From NCBI GenBank assembly GCA_032718475.1, contig JAUCBJ010001307.1:21891-85890 (forward strand): a stretch of 64,000 nucleotides of DNA, in the 5' to 3' direction. A model generated the notes under the pieces. The model saw nothing but the letters and a program-made list of their open reading frames with translations. It did no database searches and had not been told where the DNA came from. The position numbers were made by a program, and so were the translations under genes. This stretch comes from Nemertoderma westbladi (taxonomy: Eukaryota; Animalia; Xenacoelomorpha). This document shows, piece after piece, positions 13,555 to 25,136 of the stretch (its first letter is position 1; the number at the start of each line of letters is the position of its first letter).

Positions 13555-13646
13555 TACCCCCTGGTGGTGGGTGGGATGGGGGTTGCGAGTACACTTTGTA
13601 GTGAGTTTGGTAACGTGTTTTTTAATACAGTAGTATGCGATAGTTT

Positions 13647-15320
13647 TTAATAGTCGCTATTTGCATAGCGTTGGGGAGGTCTGATGGTTCTCCCAGATCG
13701 GGTGTGGGTAGGGGTACCATTAGGGGGCGCCACATGTGGGGTAGGTGCCGGTGGCTGTGCCTGAGCCAGTGCTGGGCGGCTGGCGACCTCGCTCCAGGTA
13801 GGTTTGGGGTCTGATGGTGGGTTGGGCTGTGGTGCTGTTGGTGGCTGTCTCTCGGTTGATGGTGTGGGGAGGCCGCTAGGTGGCGCTGTAAATTGCCGCG
13901 TGTGTAGGAAAACGCGGTTGCGCCTCAGGACACGGCCGCTTTCCTGTCGCACAAGGTAGTCATGGTTGGGCATGGCCTCGACTATGGTTCCGTGTCCGGT
14001 CCATCGCCTGTTGCGGGGGTCCTGTTTAAGGACGGGGTGTCCAGTTGGCAGCGGCTTCGTGTGGCAGTTGTAGTTCGCTAACAGTTTTTCACGTGTGGTT
14101 TCCGCAATTGCGTCGAGTTGGTGGAATGTCTTGCGCCACTTCTCATCTAAGGCGGTGAAGTAGACGGGGAGGGACTCATGGATATTGTGGCCGTAAAGTA
14201 GTTCGGCGGGTGAGCATCCGCCATAACGTGGAGTGTTTTGGAACGCCAGTATCCCGCGTGCTATCCCGACCGAATCGTGTATGGCACCATGGATTATCTT
14301 CTTCACGGCCTTCACGGCGGCCTCCGCTCGACCGTTGGTGCGGGGGAGGTGGAGGCTGGATGGTTCCAGGGTGACACCCCACTGCCGGAGAAACTTTTTC
14401 ACCTCCTCGGAAATGAGTTGTGTTCCACCATCTGGGTGGAAGATGGTAGGCACCGCTGTGGCAAGGAACAGCTGGCGTAGGCAATTCACAATGGGGGTGG
14501 ATGTTGTGTTCGCGTTCAATCGGAATAACGTCGGCCATCCGGTGAACTCGTCGGTGACCACGAAATAGTTGGTCTGGTCGACTTGGAGGAGGTCGGCATG
14601 GACTCATTGGAATGGGCGGGTTGCATCCGGGTTACGTTGGAGTGGTTCTGCCGCGTGGGACGGGAGGGTTGTCTGACATGATTGGCACCGCTCAACCATC
14701 TGTTTGACGTCGTGGGCGATAGAGGGCCACCAAACAGACCGGCTGGCTCGGTCCCGGGTCTTGTTGAGACCCTGGTGGAGGGTCTCCGGGTGCATCTCGA
14801 CTGGGATGTAGAGCTGTGGTCCACGGATGATGATGCCGTCGAGAACCATCAGTTCAGAGCGGTGCGCGAAATAAGGCCGGATGAGGTCGTCCTCCACATT
14901 GTGTTTGGAGGTCGGCCAGCCCTCCCTTATTATGGATAACAGGGCCCGGTATACAGGGTCACGTTGGCCGACGTCCCTCACCTGTTGGAGACGGGCGTCT
15001 CGGGACTCAACTGACGGGATCTCGCCGCACGCGGTGTTAACGATAAACTCACGGTCGGCGTTGTCTTCGGCGGAGAGCAGGAGGTCGTCGGGCTGGGGGG
15101 TGTGGCGTGGTGCGCGGGAGAAGGCGTCTGCGATCAGGTGTTTAGACCCCTTCTGGTGTCTCGCTGTTAAGTTGTAGCGGGACAGCAGGGTTTTGAGTTT
15201 GAGGAGTCGGTCGTTACTCACCTGGTCCAGACGGCGGTCATTGAGGATAGGGATCAATGAATGGGCTGCATTCCGTGACTATCTCGAAGTGACACAACCC
15301 ATCGAGAAAGTAACGACTCC
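13647..15320 (-). pseudogene. RNase H C-terminal remnant plus integrase, frameshifted
   Basis: IADAFSRAP, LHQG...VWWP...CQSC zinc finger, D..D..E core (DEFTGWP, HPDGGTQL, NGRAEAAVK), LRRNR. Confidence 0.85.
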
Positions 15321-15324
15321 CACA

Positions 15325-15811
15325 GCGCCGGTGGCGGCCCAGTAACGGGAGGTTGTGGCTGGGTGGTGGGAGTTGGAGGTGGCGGCTGTGCCTGCAGGGT
15401 GTGGCTGGTGGTTGGTGCGCATTGTGGCAGGGCTGCACTGCGAGTGGGTGGCTGGCTGCCCCGGAGAATCGGGCTCTGGAGGATGCCTAAAAGGAAACAA
15501 GTTCTGCTCGATAGCAGTGGCTGGTGTAGGCCATCCAGGACCCAGACTTCCATGGTGCAAGCTGTATGCAGCGAGTGGCACTGGATGGTCGCCTGGAATA
15601 CTCCTTTGAATAACCACCCTGAACGACTGCCACTGGCTAATCGGGGTGGTTGGATCACCGAGTTGGTTAGGCGGAGGTTAGCGGTGGTCCCACCGAATTC
15701 CAAGAAGATCCGGAAAGGGATGGCGGTTATGTTGGCGCCGGAGTCCAGGAGGAACTGGAGCTCCTTGAAACCAAACTTTGGGTTCCTGGTGACTTGGAGG
15801 CCCACGGTCAC
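15325..15811 (-). pseudogene. Retroviral-type aspartic protease
   Basis: FLLDSGANITAI active-site motif. Confidence 0.8.
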
Positions 15812-15832
15812 CGTTTCCAGAGCCTCCAGTTG

Positions 15833-16876
15833 CTATAAGGCAGAAATGATGGGGGCGCTCTCCAGTTCAGTGCCTGAAAGGATCGACCACACCTCGGCAG
15901 TGCCAGAATAGGCCGCGTCCTCCTCTGTGTGAGGGTGGGAGGGTGGTGGTACGTCTGCAGCGTGGGACTGGGGCTCGCGTTGGCGGGGGCACATCCTGTT
16001 GTAATGCCCCAATTTGTTGCAGTGGCGGTAGCGGGCGTTGGTGCCGGGGCAGGATTCACCGGGTCCGTGGGGTGGGTAGCCACAGTTTGAGCAACGCGAG
16101 GCCGATGTGGGGTTCTGGTTGCGTCGGTTTCCTGGTGGGCGGTTGCGTGGTGGTACATTGGCCCACGAGGCTGCGGGTGTCACTGGGGTTGGTGCAGCAG
16201 GGGCAGATATCATTGCGGGGTCCTTGCGGGCGGTCCAAGCGGACTGGGCGAGGTGTAGGGCGGCGGTGATGGAGCTGCCACTGGGGAGGCGGAGCAGTTG
16301 CTCTGTCACCTTCTTATTGCTGAAACCCACAATGAACTGATCGAGGAGCCGTTCATTGAAGTGGTCATCAGCGGAAGGGAGTGCCTTGAAGCCGCACTTG
16401 GCTGCGATTTCTCGCAGATTAACGAGGAACGCTTCCGGGGTCTCCTCGGTCAGTCGGGCGCGCCGGGTCAGTTCTTGGCGGTGCACCCGCTTGTTGGTTC
16501 CTCCTTTAATGTGGGTGTCTAGGGAGGCGATCACAGTATCGGCGTTTTGGTTGTCTGCTGCTGACAAACCGAGACCCTTCACCATCATAGCGTTCGTGCT
16601 GCACGAGAATGCCATGGTTAGGGCGGCCCGCCGTAGGCGATTCGTTACGCGCAGTAGTTCTGCTGATACCGTGGGGTCCGGTGGATTGTTGGGGTCGGCA
16701 GTCCGCAGGTTTTCCATGCCGGACGTGACCAGGAACGCATCCCACTCATCTCTCCACAGGTCCCACGTCGACTGTTCGGAGTCGATGTCGAAGGCGGGGG
16801 GAACACAGCGGAGGATAAATGAGTGGGGGTCTCGGTGGTCATTAGCCATTCGGTAGAGTGTTAGAAATGGATCCAA
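15833..16876 (-). CDS. Gag protein with two CCHC-type zinc knuckles (second degenerate)
   Basis: CSNCGYPPHGPGESC and YRHCNKLGHYNRMC; LREIAAKCGF...RLLDQFIVG capsid-like motif. Confidence 0.85.
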   Translation of the reverse strand: MDPFLTLYRMANDHRDPHSFILRCVPPAFDIDSEQSTWDLWRDEWDAFLVTSGMENLRTADPNNPPDPTVSAELLRVTNRLRRAALTMAFSCSTNAMMVKGLGLSAADNQNADTVIASLDTHIKGGTNKRVHRQELTRRARLTEETPEAFLVNLREIAAKCGFKALPSADDHFNERLLDQFIVGFSNKKVTEQLLRLPSGSSITAALHLAQSAWTARKDPAMISAPAAPTPVTPAASWANVPPRNRPPGNRRNQNPTSASRCSNCGYPPHGPGESCPGTNARYRHCNKLGHYNRMCPRQREPQSHAADVPPPSHPHTEEDAAYSGTAEVWSILSGTELESAPIISAL

Positions 16877-17017
16877 TATCAGAATATAGGCTAATATAAA
16901 TAATATTGAATAGTACTATTTACCAGCTTGACGTGTCAGTCAGTGCAGCAGTCAGATACAGCAGATAGTACATTGTAGTGGGTAGGGAAGACCTACCAGT
17001 ACAGAGGTAGTACTGTA

Positions 17018-17045
17018 GTGGGTTCGTATCCTACACACTGCGCCA
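17018..17045 (-). promoter_or_regulatory. Primer-binding site complementary to a tRNA 3' end (tRNA-Ser-like)
   Basis: Begins TGGCGCAG directly after the 5' LTR; the plus strand reads as T-arm, acceptor strand and CCA. Confidence 0.8.
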
Positions 17046-17152
17046 AGTGTAATCTGTATAATAATCATAAGTCAGTATCGCGTAATAAATCTAACCGGTA
17101 AGAGATATATATATAAGGCCTTCAAACACGTACAGTATATCGGGATTACACA
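17046..17152 (-). repeat. 5' LTR (107 bp)
   Basis: TGTGTAATC...GATTACACT in element orientation. Confidence 0.9.
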
Positions 17153-17914
17153 CTTAATAACCACCCACCCAGGTATCACTGGGTATTAGTGACCCCTCCC
17201 TGCGACACGGTTGTTGTTACCTCCCAGCAGCCTGGCAGGCAAACGGCAACTTCCTCCTTGTCAACTCTGTTCCTCTGAATGTCTCACCCTCTCTACTATG
17301 TAGTGGAGGAGTCCGCTGATCGTTTTATCTAGTGATGTCATCCCATAGATCCCCACTAGTCGTTACTTTTGTTACCAGTTTCTCCACCATCCCAGTCTCT
17401 CACCAAACTGATGGTGCATTGGTAAGGCTCAGTAAGACAAGAGACAACTAATTCTACCTGAATTAGTGTTAAAATCCTGGGATGGCTACCCCTTTCTCCC
17501 TTATTCTATCATCATTCATGAGTCACGTGTCAACTCTCTCTCTAACCTCGCAATTTTGTCCATTACCTTTTAATTATGTTTCTAGAATTTTGAATTTTCA
17601 GTTACTACGATTTCTTCACCTTGCTATATTTATTTTACCCATACATCTTTGCTATTTATTAAGTAGCACCTCATCAGTTGATTACTTCGTAAGTAATTCA
17701 TCACTACTTATTGTATGTTTACAGAAAAGACTAGCTACAATTTTCCTATTGTATAATAACTTTCCACCAGACAGCTTTCTGGGTCTGTAACAATACTCTA
17801 AGTCTGCACCCAAAGTTATGCGCTATAGTAGTATAGTTCGTGTGGCCTACACTATCTATCCTACCACGCCTACATATCCCCCTCAACTCCTCACATGGCA
17901 CTCTCAGTGCACAC

Positions 17915-18500
17915 TATAGTACATATTATGTACTATTATTGGTCCCATTGACCCGGCATTAGTACATATGGTCCCATTGACCCGGCATTAGTACTTATTA
18001 TGTACGTTAGTACATGGTGCTCATCAGACATACATAATGTGTACTCATCTAATCCTAAATGTGGTACTATGCACCCTTCTAATCCTAAATGTGGTAGGTA
18101 CTATGTACCCTTCTAATCCTAAAAAATAGTACATATTATATACTATCATTTCCCATTGACCCGGTGTTAGTGTGCATATAATTATGTACATTAGTACAGG
18201 TGTACTCATCAGATGTATGCGTATGTATGTATGTTAGTACGTTTGTACTCATTGAGCGTATGTAATTATGTCCATCTATTCCTAAATATTATGTACATTA
18301 GTACATTTGTACTCATCAGATGTACGTAATATGTATGATAGTACAGGTGTACTCATCAGACGTATGTATGTACATTAGTACGTTTGTACTCATCAGACAT
18401 ATGTAATGTTCATCTAAACCTAAATAATATGTACGTTAGTACAAGTGTACTTTTCAGATGTATGTACATTAGTACGTTTGTACTCATCGAGCGTACGTGT
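17915..18500. repeat. Complex satellite with ~37-40 bp units containing gtac-N4-gtactcatcag
   Basis: tcatcag at 18021, 18206, 18313, 18353 and 18390 plus variant units; also repeated cccattgacccgg and tctaatcctaaa blocks. Confidence 0.8.
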
Positions 18501-18963
18501 TTTATATGTTTTGTGGGAAGGGTTTATCACCCTCATTCCCACCCCCTCAGTACAATTTATTGGATGACTCATCAACCTAAGGGCGATTGTTCCAGCAGTC
18601 AACTTTCCCACTGCCCTCTTGTAATGTAGGTCTTCTTATCTCTCGCCCTAGCCTCCTTATCTCACATAATTCTTCATCGTCTTTTGGCGGTTTTCATCTT
18701 GTCGTCACTTGGTGGCAGAATGCCACCCTTCATCTTGTTGTCACTGGTACATTCCACCTTTGATGGCCTCCCCATCAGTATGTGCACTGGCATTAAAGCC
18801 CCCGATGACCCTTGGTCATCATTCAGTAGGCATAATGATTTACCATTTATTGCCCTGTTTATTTTTTATAGAGATGCCTCAATTAACTTGTTATTGTGTT
18901 TTTTGACAACTAAATATATATAGAATTCGTATAACTAAACTTTCAATTTGATTTAGAATCACC

Positions 18964-19158
18964 ATTGAAATATATTGAGGTTTTTTTGTAAAAATTCTGA
19001 CTTATGGTGTTTTGCCAAAATAAGGAGGAACACCTATTCTGGGATTATCCCGCAACTATTCGATAGTTGAGGGGTATTGCCTAGAAAACAAGGCATCCTC
19101 AATTAGGCAAAACACCATAAGTCCGATTTTTTACAAAAAACACGCAAAATATATCAAT
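18964..19158. repeat. ~195-bp imperfect palindrome (foldback/MITE-like)
   Basis: ttttttgtaaaaa..gacttatggtgttttgcc pairs with ggcaaaacaccataagtc..tttttacaaaaaa; centre aactattcgatagtt. Confidence 0.75.
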
Positions 19159-19626
19159 TACTAGCCAAGGCATATCATGCATCCTTAATTATTTAGTGCG
19201 TAGTGCGCACGTAGCTAATACTAACAAGTGCGCATGCTTCTAAAATAAGTATGGAACTATAGTTAGAATCATGTATCAATACAAATTGAACAAAATGTAA
19301 CCAAATGCAGAACTATAACATCAAAATGTAGATTCAAGCAAGTGGAACTCTAAGTACAAAATATAGCCATGGGTGGCACTCTACATTAAGAACAAAGTCT
19401 AGCTACAGGGTTACAGCTACTTTAAAGTTAAGGTAAAGTTAACTTACGTCATGTCATGACAAATAATTAAAGACCGTTTTTATCTACGTGGCAACATTTT
19501 GAGCAACCTATCAGCAACTTGGTGAGCAAGTCAGGTTGCCAATCAAGTTGCTCTATGTAAACGCGAAGTTTGTTGATGTAAAATGACGCCTCATAACGGA
19601 GACTAAAAGATAATGTTACTCAAATT

Positions 19627-20760
19627 AAGTTGTCCAAAATTGTCCGAAGTCCGAAGTTGTCCGGAACCCCATAGCAACTTGGACACAAACATTAAATGAG
19701 GGGCAGATATTTATCAGCGCCACAAACATTAATGTGGGACAAACATTAATCAGGGGGAAAAACATTAATATGGGACACAAACATGCAAAGCAATACCATA
19801 TTCTCACCAAACCAATAAACTATGTTATTACCAATTGAAGGAAAGGAGCATGTTACAGAGATGGGTTTTCTAACCAAAACAATAAACGATTATGTTACCA
19901 ATTAAGGGAAGGAGTAAAAAAATGATGTAAATGAGGGGGAAATGGGAATGGAGGTAACAGCACTGTGTGGGGGGGGGTAACAGGAATGGTGGGGGTACGA
20001 GGTAAATGGGAATTATGGGGGATACCAGCCGGGGGGGGGGGGGGGGGGGGGGAGTGGTAACAGCAAAACAGGCAGCTGAACAAGGTAACCAAACGTCGCT
20101 TTCAATTAGGTAGATGGAATGTCTGACTTTCATCGAAGCTCACATTCTCATGATAGTATTTTTTCAGTTATTCACTTAATATCTGATGGCAAGCATCGCC
20201 ATCGCTCATATTAATTTTCATTGACCCCTATTAAGGTGTCCCCCATTAATGTTTTTGACCCAGATTTATTTTAGTGTCTATGATTAATGTCTTTTATTAA
20301 CCCTTACCAATGTTTGTGCCCTTGATTAATGTGTGTCTTTCCCTAATTACTATAATGTTTGCGTCCCTTGTTTAATGTTTGTGTCCCTCATTAATGATCG
20401 CGTCCCTCATTAATGTTTGTACCCCTGATTAATGTATGTCCCTCATTAATGTTTGTGTCCCTCATTAAAGTTTGGGCCTCTTATCAATGTGTGTCCCTCA
20501 TTAATGTTTGCGACCCTCATTAATATTTGCGTCCCTCATTAATGTTAGTGTTAGTTTTGTGTCCCTAATGTATGTCCCTTATTAATGTTTGTGCCCTTGA
20601 TTGATATCTGTCCCTCGTTTAATGTTTGTGTCCCTGATTAAAATATTTGTGTCCCTCATTAATATCTGTGTCCCTTATTAATGTTTGTGTCCCTGATTAA
20701 AATATTTGTGTCCCTCATTTATATCTGTGTCCCTTATTAATGTATGTGTCCCTTATTAAT
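19627..20760. repeat. ~19-bp minisatellite (ccctcattaatgtttgtgt) at 20240-20760 with inverted copies at 19680-19785; foldback-like non-autonomous element
   Basis: More than 20 tandem units on the right, about 5 reverse-complement units on the left, gttgtcc repeats at 19627-19665. Confidence 0.7.
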
Positions 20761-21069
20761 GAGAAATTACAGGGTTTTGCCAGGTTGTTATTTCTGATTT
20801 AAGGGGTTTTACCAGGTGGACTGAATTTCATATACTTGAATTTACGGTGTTTTACAAGCCAATTATTGACTTGTGGGGTTCTGCCTCGAAGTGGGCATTA
20901 GTTACTGTCTTTAGCTTATAGTATGGCTGGTTGAAAAGTTATGGGGTTCTGCCAGACGAAAAAGCCGATATCGAAGTACCCAAAAAGTCAAAAACATGAA
21001 AATCGAAAAAAATCTACTTAGGGGTTCTGCCTTGTAGGTGGCGTTATATAGTTGTACTTGACACAGTGA

Positions 21070-22520
21070 ACCAGGCGTAGCATTCTTGTGATTGTGCCAT
21101 CTAGAGATTTGGTATCCTCAGCAGTTAGAGCCAGCATGGACTCCCATAGAGGAGTACTGGAACTACTGCTGTTCTAAATAATCGGACCTTAAGTTTCTGA
21201 TTAATTCTATGTGACTTCCAAATTCTGGAAAGCCCATTCAAGGCTGCCCATGCATTTCCCTTACATATTCGAAATTCCTCACCTGACTTCCGGATCCATG
21301 ATCACAGGTAACAGAGGGACTGCAGAGTTTATCCAGTTTTGTCACCACCATGCAATCCACAATTGGCAAGCACAATGCAGCGTGCATTAAGAATACTATG
21401 CTGGCTTATCAACAAAGTTGCACCACCACGACTTCATATCCCCCATGACTTCGTCAGATTATCTGCATCTTCAAGGACAGTGTCCTTTAGGAGGCTTCTC
21501 ACGAAAGTCATGGCCTGTCCACCATTCTTATTTTCTCCATGGGGCTGCCAAAGCACAAGATTGTGCACTGCACAGGCTGGTCCTCATGGCAAAAACAATG
21601 TCCTGCAAAGCGGAGCTCAGTGAACATAGAGGAGTACTGGAAATACTGCTGATCTAAATAATCGGACCTTAATAATCCGATGAATTCTGTGTGAATCATT
21701 TTTTCTGCTTCTTTTGGAGTTAACAAAAAGAAGCACCTGAAAGCAGCCTGTTCTAATGACCCGAGGAGGCGTTGGGCTCCCCCTCTAGTGATGCTGAGAT
21801 TACTTCTAAGACATCGGCAAAGTCTAGTTCAGTTAGGTACTTGGCAGGATTTCCTTGACTTCTGGAGCCAGAATGTGGAGTTACCATCACCCTATCATCA
21901 TTATGATGATCTAGGACATGCGTAGAACAAAATCAACAACAATTATGAAAAAGAATGGTCCTAGTGTGTCTCCCTGTTGGTCTCCCCATAACACTCTGAA
22001 TGGTTCTGTGTCACCATCAACAGTAGACACAAATGTCATCAAACCATCGTATACTGATCTGATTTCTGAATTAATTTGATGAGGAATCCCATATAATGAA
22101 AGTCTGCTGAAAATATGTGAGCGAGAGACTCAAACAAGGGCCTTGAAGAAGTCAAAGATAACAGCCAGATGCCTGCCTGTCTTTCTTTTTTGATAACTCT
22201 TCAATTATCCTTCTAAGTACCAAAATGGGCTCCATGGTCCCACGACCTTTACAGAACCCATTCTGATTTCCACGGAGCAGTCACTCAATGGGATCCCTGA
22301 TGCGATTTAATAGAATTATATTGTATATCTTTGCAGCAATCGAGATCAATGAGATTCCCGAAACGATCCATAGAGTGTTAGGTTGCCCTTCTTGGGAACT
22401 GGCACCAACTTATTTGTTTTCATTTCTTGTTGGACTCTTGTTGTTTGGTACATGTCTACTATGATGGGATAAATAAGCTCCAAAGCAGCTTAATTTCCCA
22501 CTTAGAGTGAAACCATCATT
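21070..22520 (-). mobile_element. Degraded, rearranged RTE LINE fragments (RT and C-terminal region)
   Basis: Minus-strand similarity to the RTE at 720-3661 (PKKG, QNGF, QGDTL regions); block catagaggagtactggaa..aataatcggaccttaa duplicated at ~21145 and ~21625. Confidence 0.75.
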
Positions 22521-23118
22521 ACCGCTGTGTCATTCACACTCCATGTTGTACCCTGTGGCACACCACGCCTGTGAATATACCTTAGTGTGTTGCTACTATG
22601 TGCATTGTTTTAGTAGCTAGTGCTACAGTTTTAGTAGAATTTAAGAAGATAATTATATCATTATTTATATGCCTCAAAACAACAAAACCGTATGTTTATG
22701 TATTGATTTCACTTTCAATTTGATAACATCACAATGCCATTTGATTGACATTACATTGTATTAATAGTTAGATTAATGGATTATTTAATTAATCAAGCAT
22801 GTTATGTACAAAACCTTACCAGTATGTACAGCAAAAGCACAAAGAATAATGGAACCATGACCTAGATGTTACAAGCAATAGGTAATCAGTTAACACCAAT
22901 CAGCTGATAAGTATTCATATAAAAATTAATTGTTAATTTATTAAATTTTAATTTATGAAATCTGCTTATTTAACAAGTTTAGTTTTACTATTTAGCTTAT
23001 TATATAGCTATAGCTTATTATTTAGCTTATTATATATACTTCTATATGTTTAGTTTATATATACTTCTATATGTTTAGTTGATGTTGTGTCACTTTGGGA
23101 ATATTTTTTCAAGTATTC

Positions 23119-24114
23119 TTACTTAGGACCTACTTTAAACCATTTCTTAATTCCATAAATATTACTAGTAATTGTTACATGCAAACTGTGGTTAATAACA
23201 AGCATAGTAAATGGCACACAAAATGTATATAATATTAAAAATATCTCAGTTACAGCTAATAATTGAGGATTATTTATATCCCACGTCACAAATGTCATAT
23301 ACCCTACGATTTGCTCTGGAAAACGTAACATTAAGAATATCAATAAAATCACATTAACTAATTTATTGTCTGTTTTGAAAAAAATCATATACCAATTGAC
23401 ATGCCTAAACATTCCAAATTCTCTAACAGATGTGTAAATAATAGATAATAATATTGAAATGTAAGGAAGTAAAATAAATACTGTCTTAACAATTCCATTA
23501 AAAACTAAACTTAAAGAATTCAATGATGTTCTTGTGAAACAAACAGGTTCATCATTAGCTATTTGGCGTGTTACCATGGACATATGATAATGAATGCTCA
23601 CATTAATAATTGTAATTAAAAATATAAGAATTGATAAAACATTAATATGCCGTATAACTATGTGGAGTTTGAAGAACTTTATAATCTGTTCATAATATTT
23701 ATTCAAATTGTCGACATAGTAGAGAAATATACCAATACTAGTGAGAAAAAGCGAAAAACGTCTCAGGCCAATTCGTATGAAACACACATAAACAACATAA
23801 ACGAGCTTAGAAAAGGCTCCCGTAGGCTCGCGAACAGATTTTATTACAATAGATCTGTCACCGATACTGGGTACAACCCACTGTAGAAGAAATATTATAT
23901 CTCCTAAACAATGCAATTGGAATAAATGATGAATTCGATCACCACGGAGAGATTTTGAACATTTCAAAAGCAAAAACGTCAATATATTTATTGGTAGACT
24001 TAGTATATATATGAAATATGGTAAAACATATTCTCCAATAATTGTATATTCTTTAATATTATTGTAGTTCAAATTACTATTATCAATATAAACAGTTGTA
24101 ATATTATGATACAT
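23119..24114 (-). CDS. Intronless divergent 7TM (class A GPCR-like) receptor, 331 aa
   Basis: Seven hydrophobic segments; TM1 LPINIL, TM2 LGDIIFL, Cys in TM3 and ECL2, TM5 Pro (LLPY), TM6 FP; N-terminal NIT glycosylation site; intact ORF in AT-rich DNA. Confidence 0.75.
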   Translation of the reverse strand: MYHNITTVYIDNSNLNYNNIKEYTIIGEYVLPYFIYILSLPINILTFLLLKCSKSLRGDRIHHLFQLHCLGDIIFLLQWVVPSIGDRSIVIKSVREPTGAFSKLVYVVYVCFIRIGLRRFSLFLTSIGIFLYYVDNLNKYYEQIIKFFKLHIVIRHINVLSILIFLITIINVSIHYHMSMVTRQIANDEPVCFTRTSLNSLSLVFNGIVKTVFILLPYISILLSIIYTSVREFGMFRHVNWYMIFFKTDNKLVNVILLIFLMLRFPEQIVGYMTFVTWDINNPQLLAVTEIFLILYTFCVPFTMLVINHSLHVTITSNIYGIKKWFKVGPK

Positions 24115-24143
24115 TTTGATAATTCAAATTTACATATACAGTA

Positions 24144-24470
24144 TAGGGTTGCTGCACGAAAAAATTGTAGGGCTAGAAACAATCAAATAAGGGGTAACAA
24201 GGTGCCCTGGATCGAGTGGCAGGGTGTGTTTTTTATAAAAAAAACGTGGAAACAGTCGAAATGGCGGGTTGAATTTTTCAATTTTGAAAATCGGCTGTGA
24301 TTGGGTGTTACAGTTTTGACGTTATTACGAAGTGATCTGATAATTTTTTATCTGGGTGTCTATGGAGAGAGATGTTCGATCGATTCAAATACACATTAAA
24401 TCTCAATCATTTCACATGTGGATTATATCAATTGAAAGCGAAGAGTCTAACGCGTCTTTAACACTACAAT
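24144..24470 (+). mobile_element. Terminal fragment of a DNA transposon (TAGGG-type end, hAT-like)
   Basis: Begins tagggttgctgcacg; composition shifts from the AT-rich gene region; no partner TIR found. Confidence 0.35.
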
Positions 24471-24809
24471 TAATTAATTCATGATGATGAACATTGATAA
24501 ATAGATGTATTGAGCTGTATTTCCAGCAGCAATACCGGTACTGCATTCCAATCTGTATCGATTACGGTATATTAGATTTAAAGTAACACTAAACTTGTAA
24601 TACCGGTCAGCCGGTACTATAATACAGTAATAATTGGCAGTACTGCAGTAAGCTACTTGAATATTAAAAATGTGTACCGGTCACTGGTAAACCCTACTTA
24701 ATGAAGTAAATCTGCAATATGAAGCGCCGTTTATGCCAAAACTATCTGAATAAATATTATACTCAAGATGTGTCAATAAAAAATATTATACTTAAGATGT
24801 ATCTAAATC

Positions 24810-24982
24810 CTCGGCCGAGATTCTCGGCCGAGTTTTTCTCGGCCGAGATCTCGGCCGAGATGTCAGCCGAGTTTTCTCTGCCGAGTTTTTCTCGGCCGAG
24901 ATCTCGGCCGAGATTCTCGGCCGAGTTTTTCTTGGCTGAGTTTTTCTCGGCCGAGTTTTTCTCGGCCGAGTTTTTCTCGGCC
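24810..24982. repeat. Array of palindromic CTCGGCCGAG units (12-15 bp period)
   Basis: About 12 copies, some imperfect, separated by ttttt, at or att spacers. Confidence 0.9.
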
Positions 24983-25136
24983 AAGAAAGTATTAAAATAT
25001 GATACGGCGGGAAATTTAAAATGGCATTGTATTTGCAATAATTACAGTATTACAGCAGTACAGTACATATGCCTGCATCCTATTGCTACCGTTTCACTTC
25101 ACGATCCTACACGTGTGCAGCTATGCCCATGGCTGT

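Larger units (their letters stand above)
13463..17152 (-). mobile_element. Gypsy/Ty3-like LTR retrotransposon, 3690 bp, lacking RT
   Basis: LTRs 13463-13554 and 17046-17152; 5-bp TSD cttaa (13458-13462, 17153-17157); PBS adjacent to the 5' LTR; purine tract next to the 3' LTR; domain order gag-PR-(RH remnant)-IN. Confidence 0.92.
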
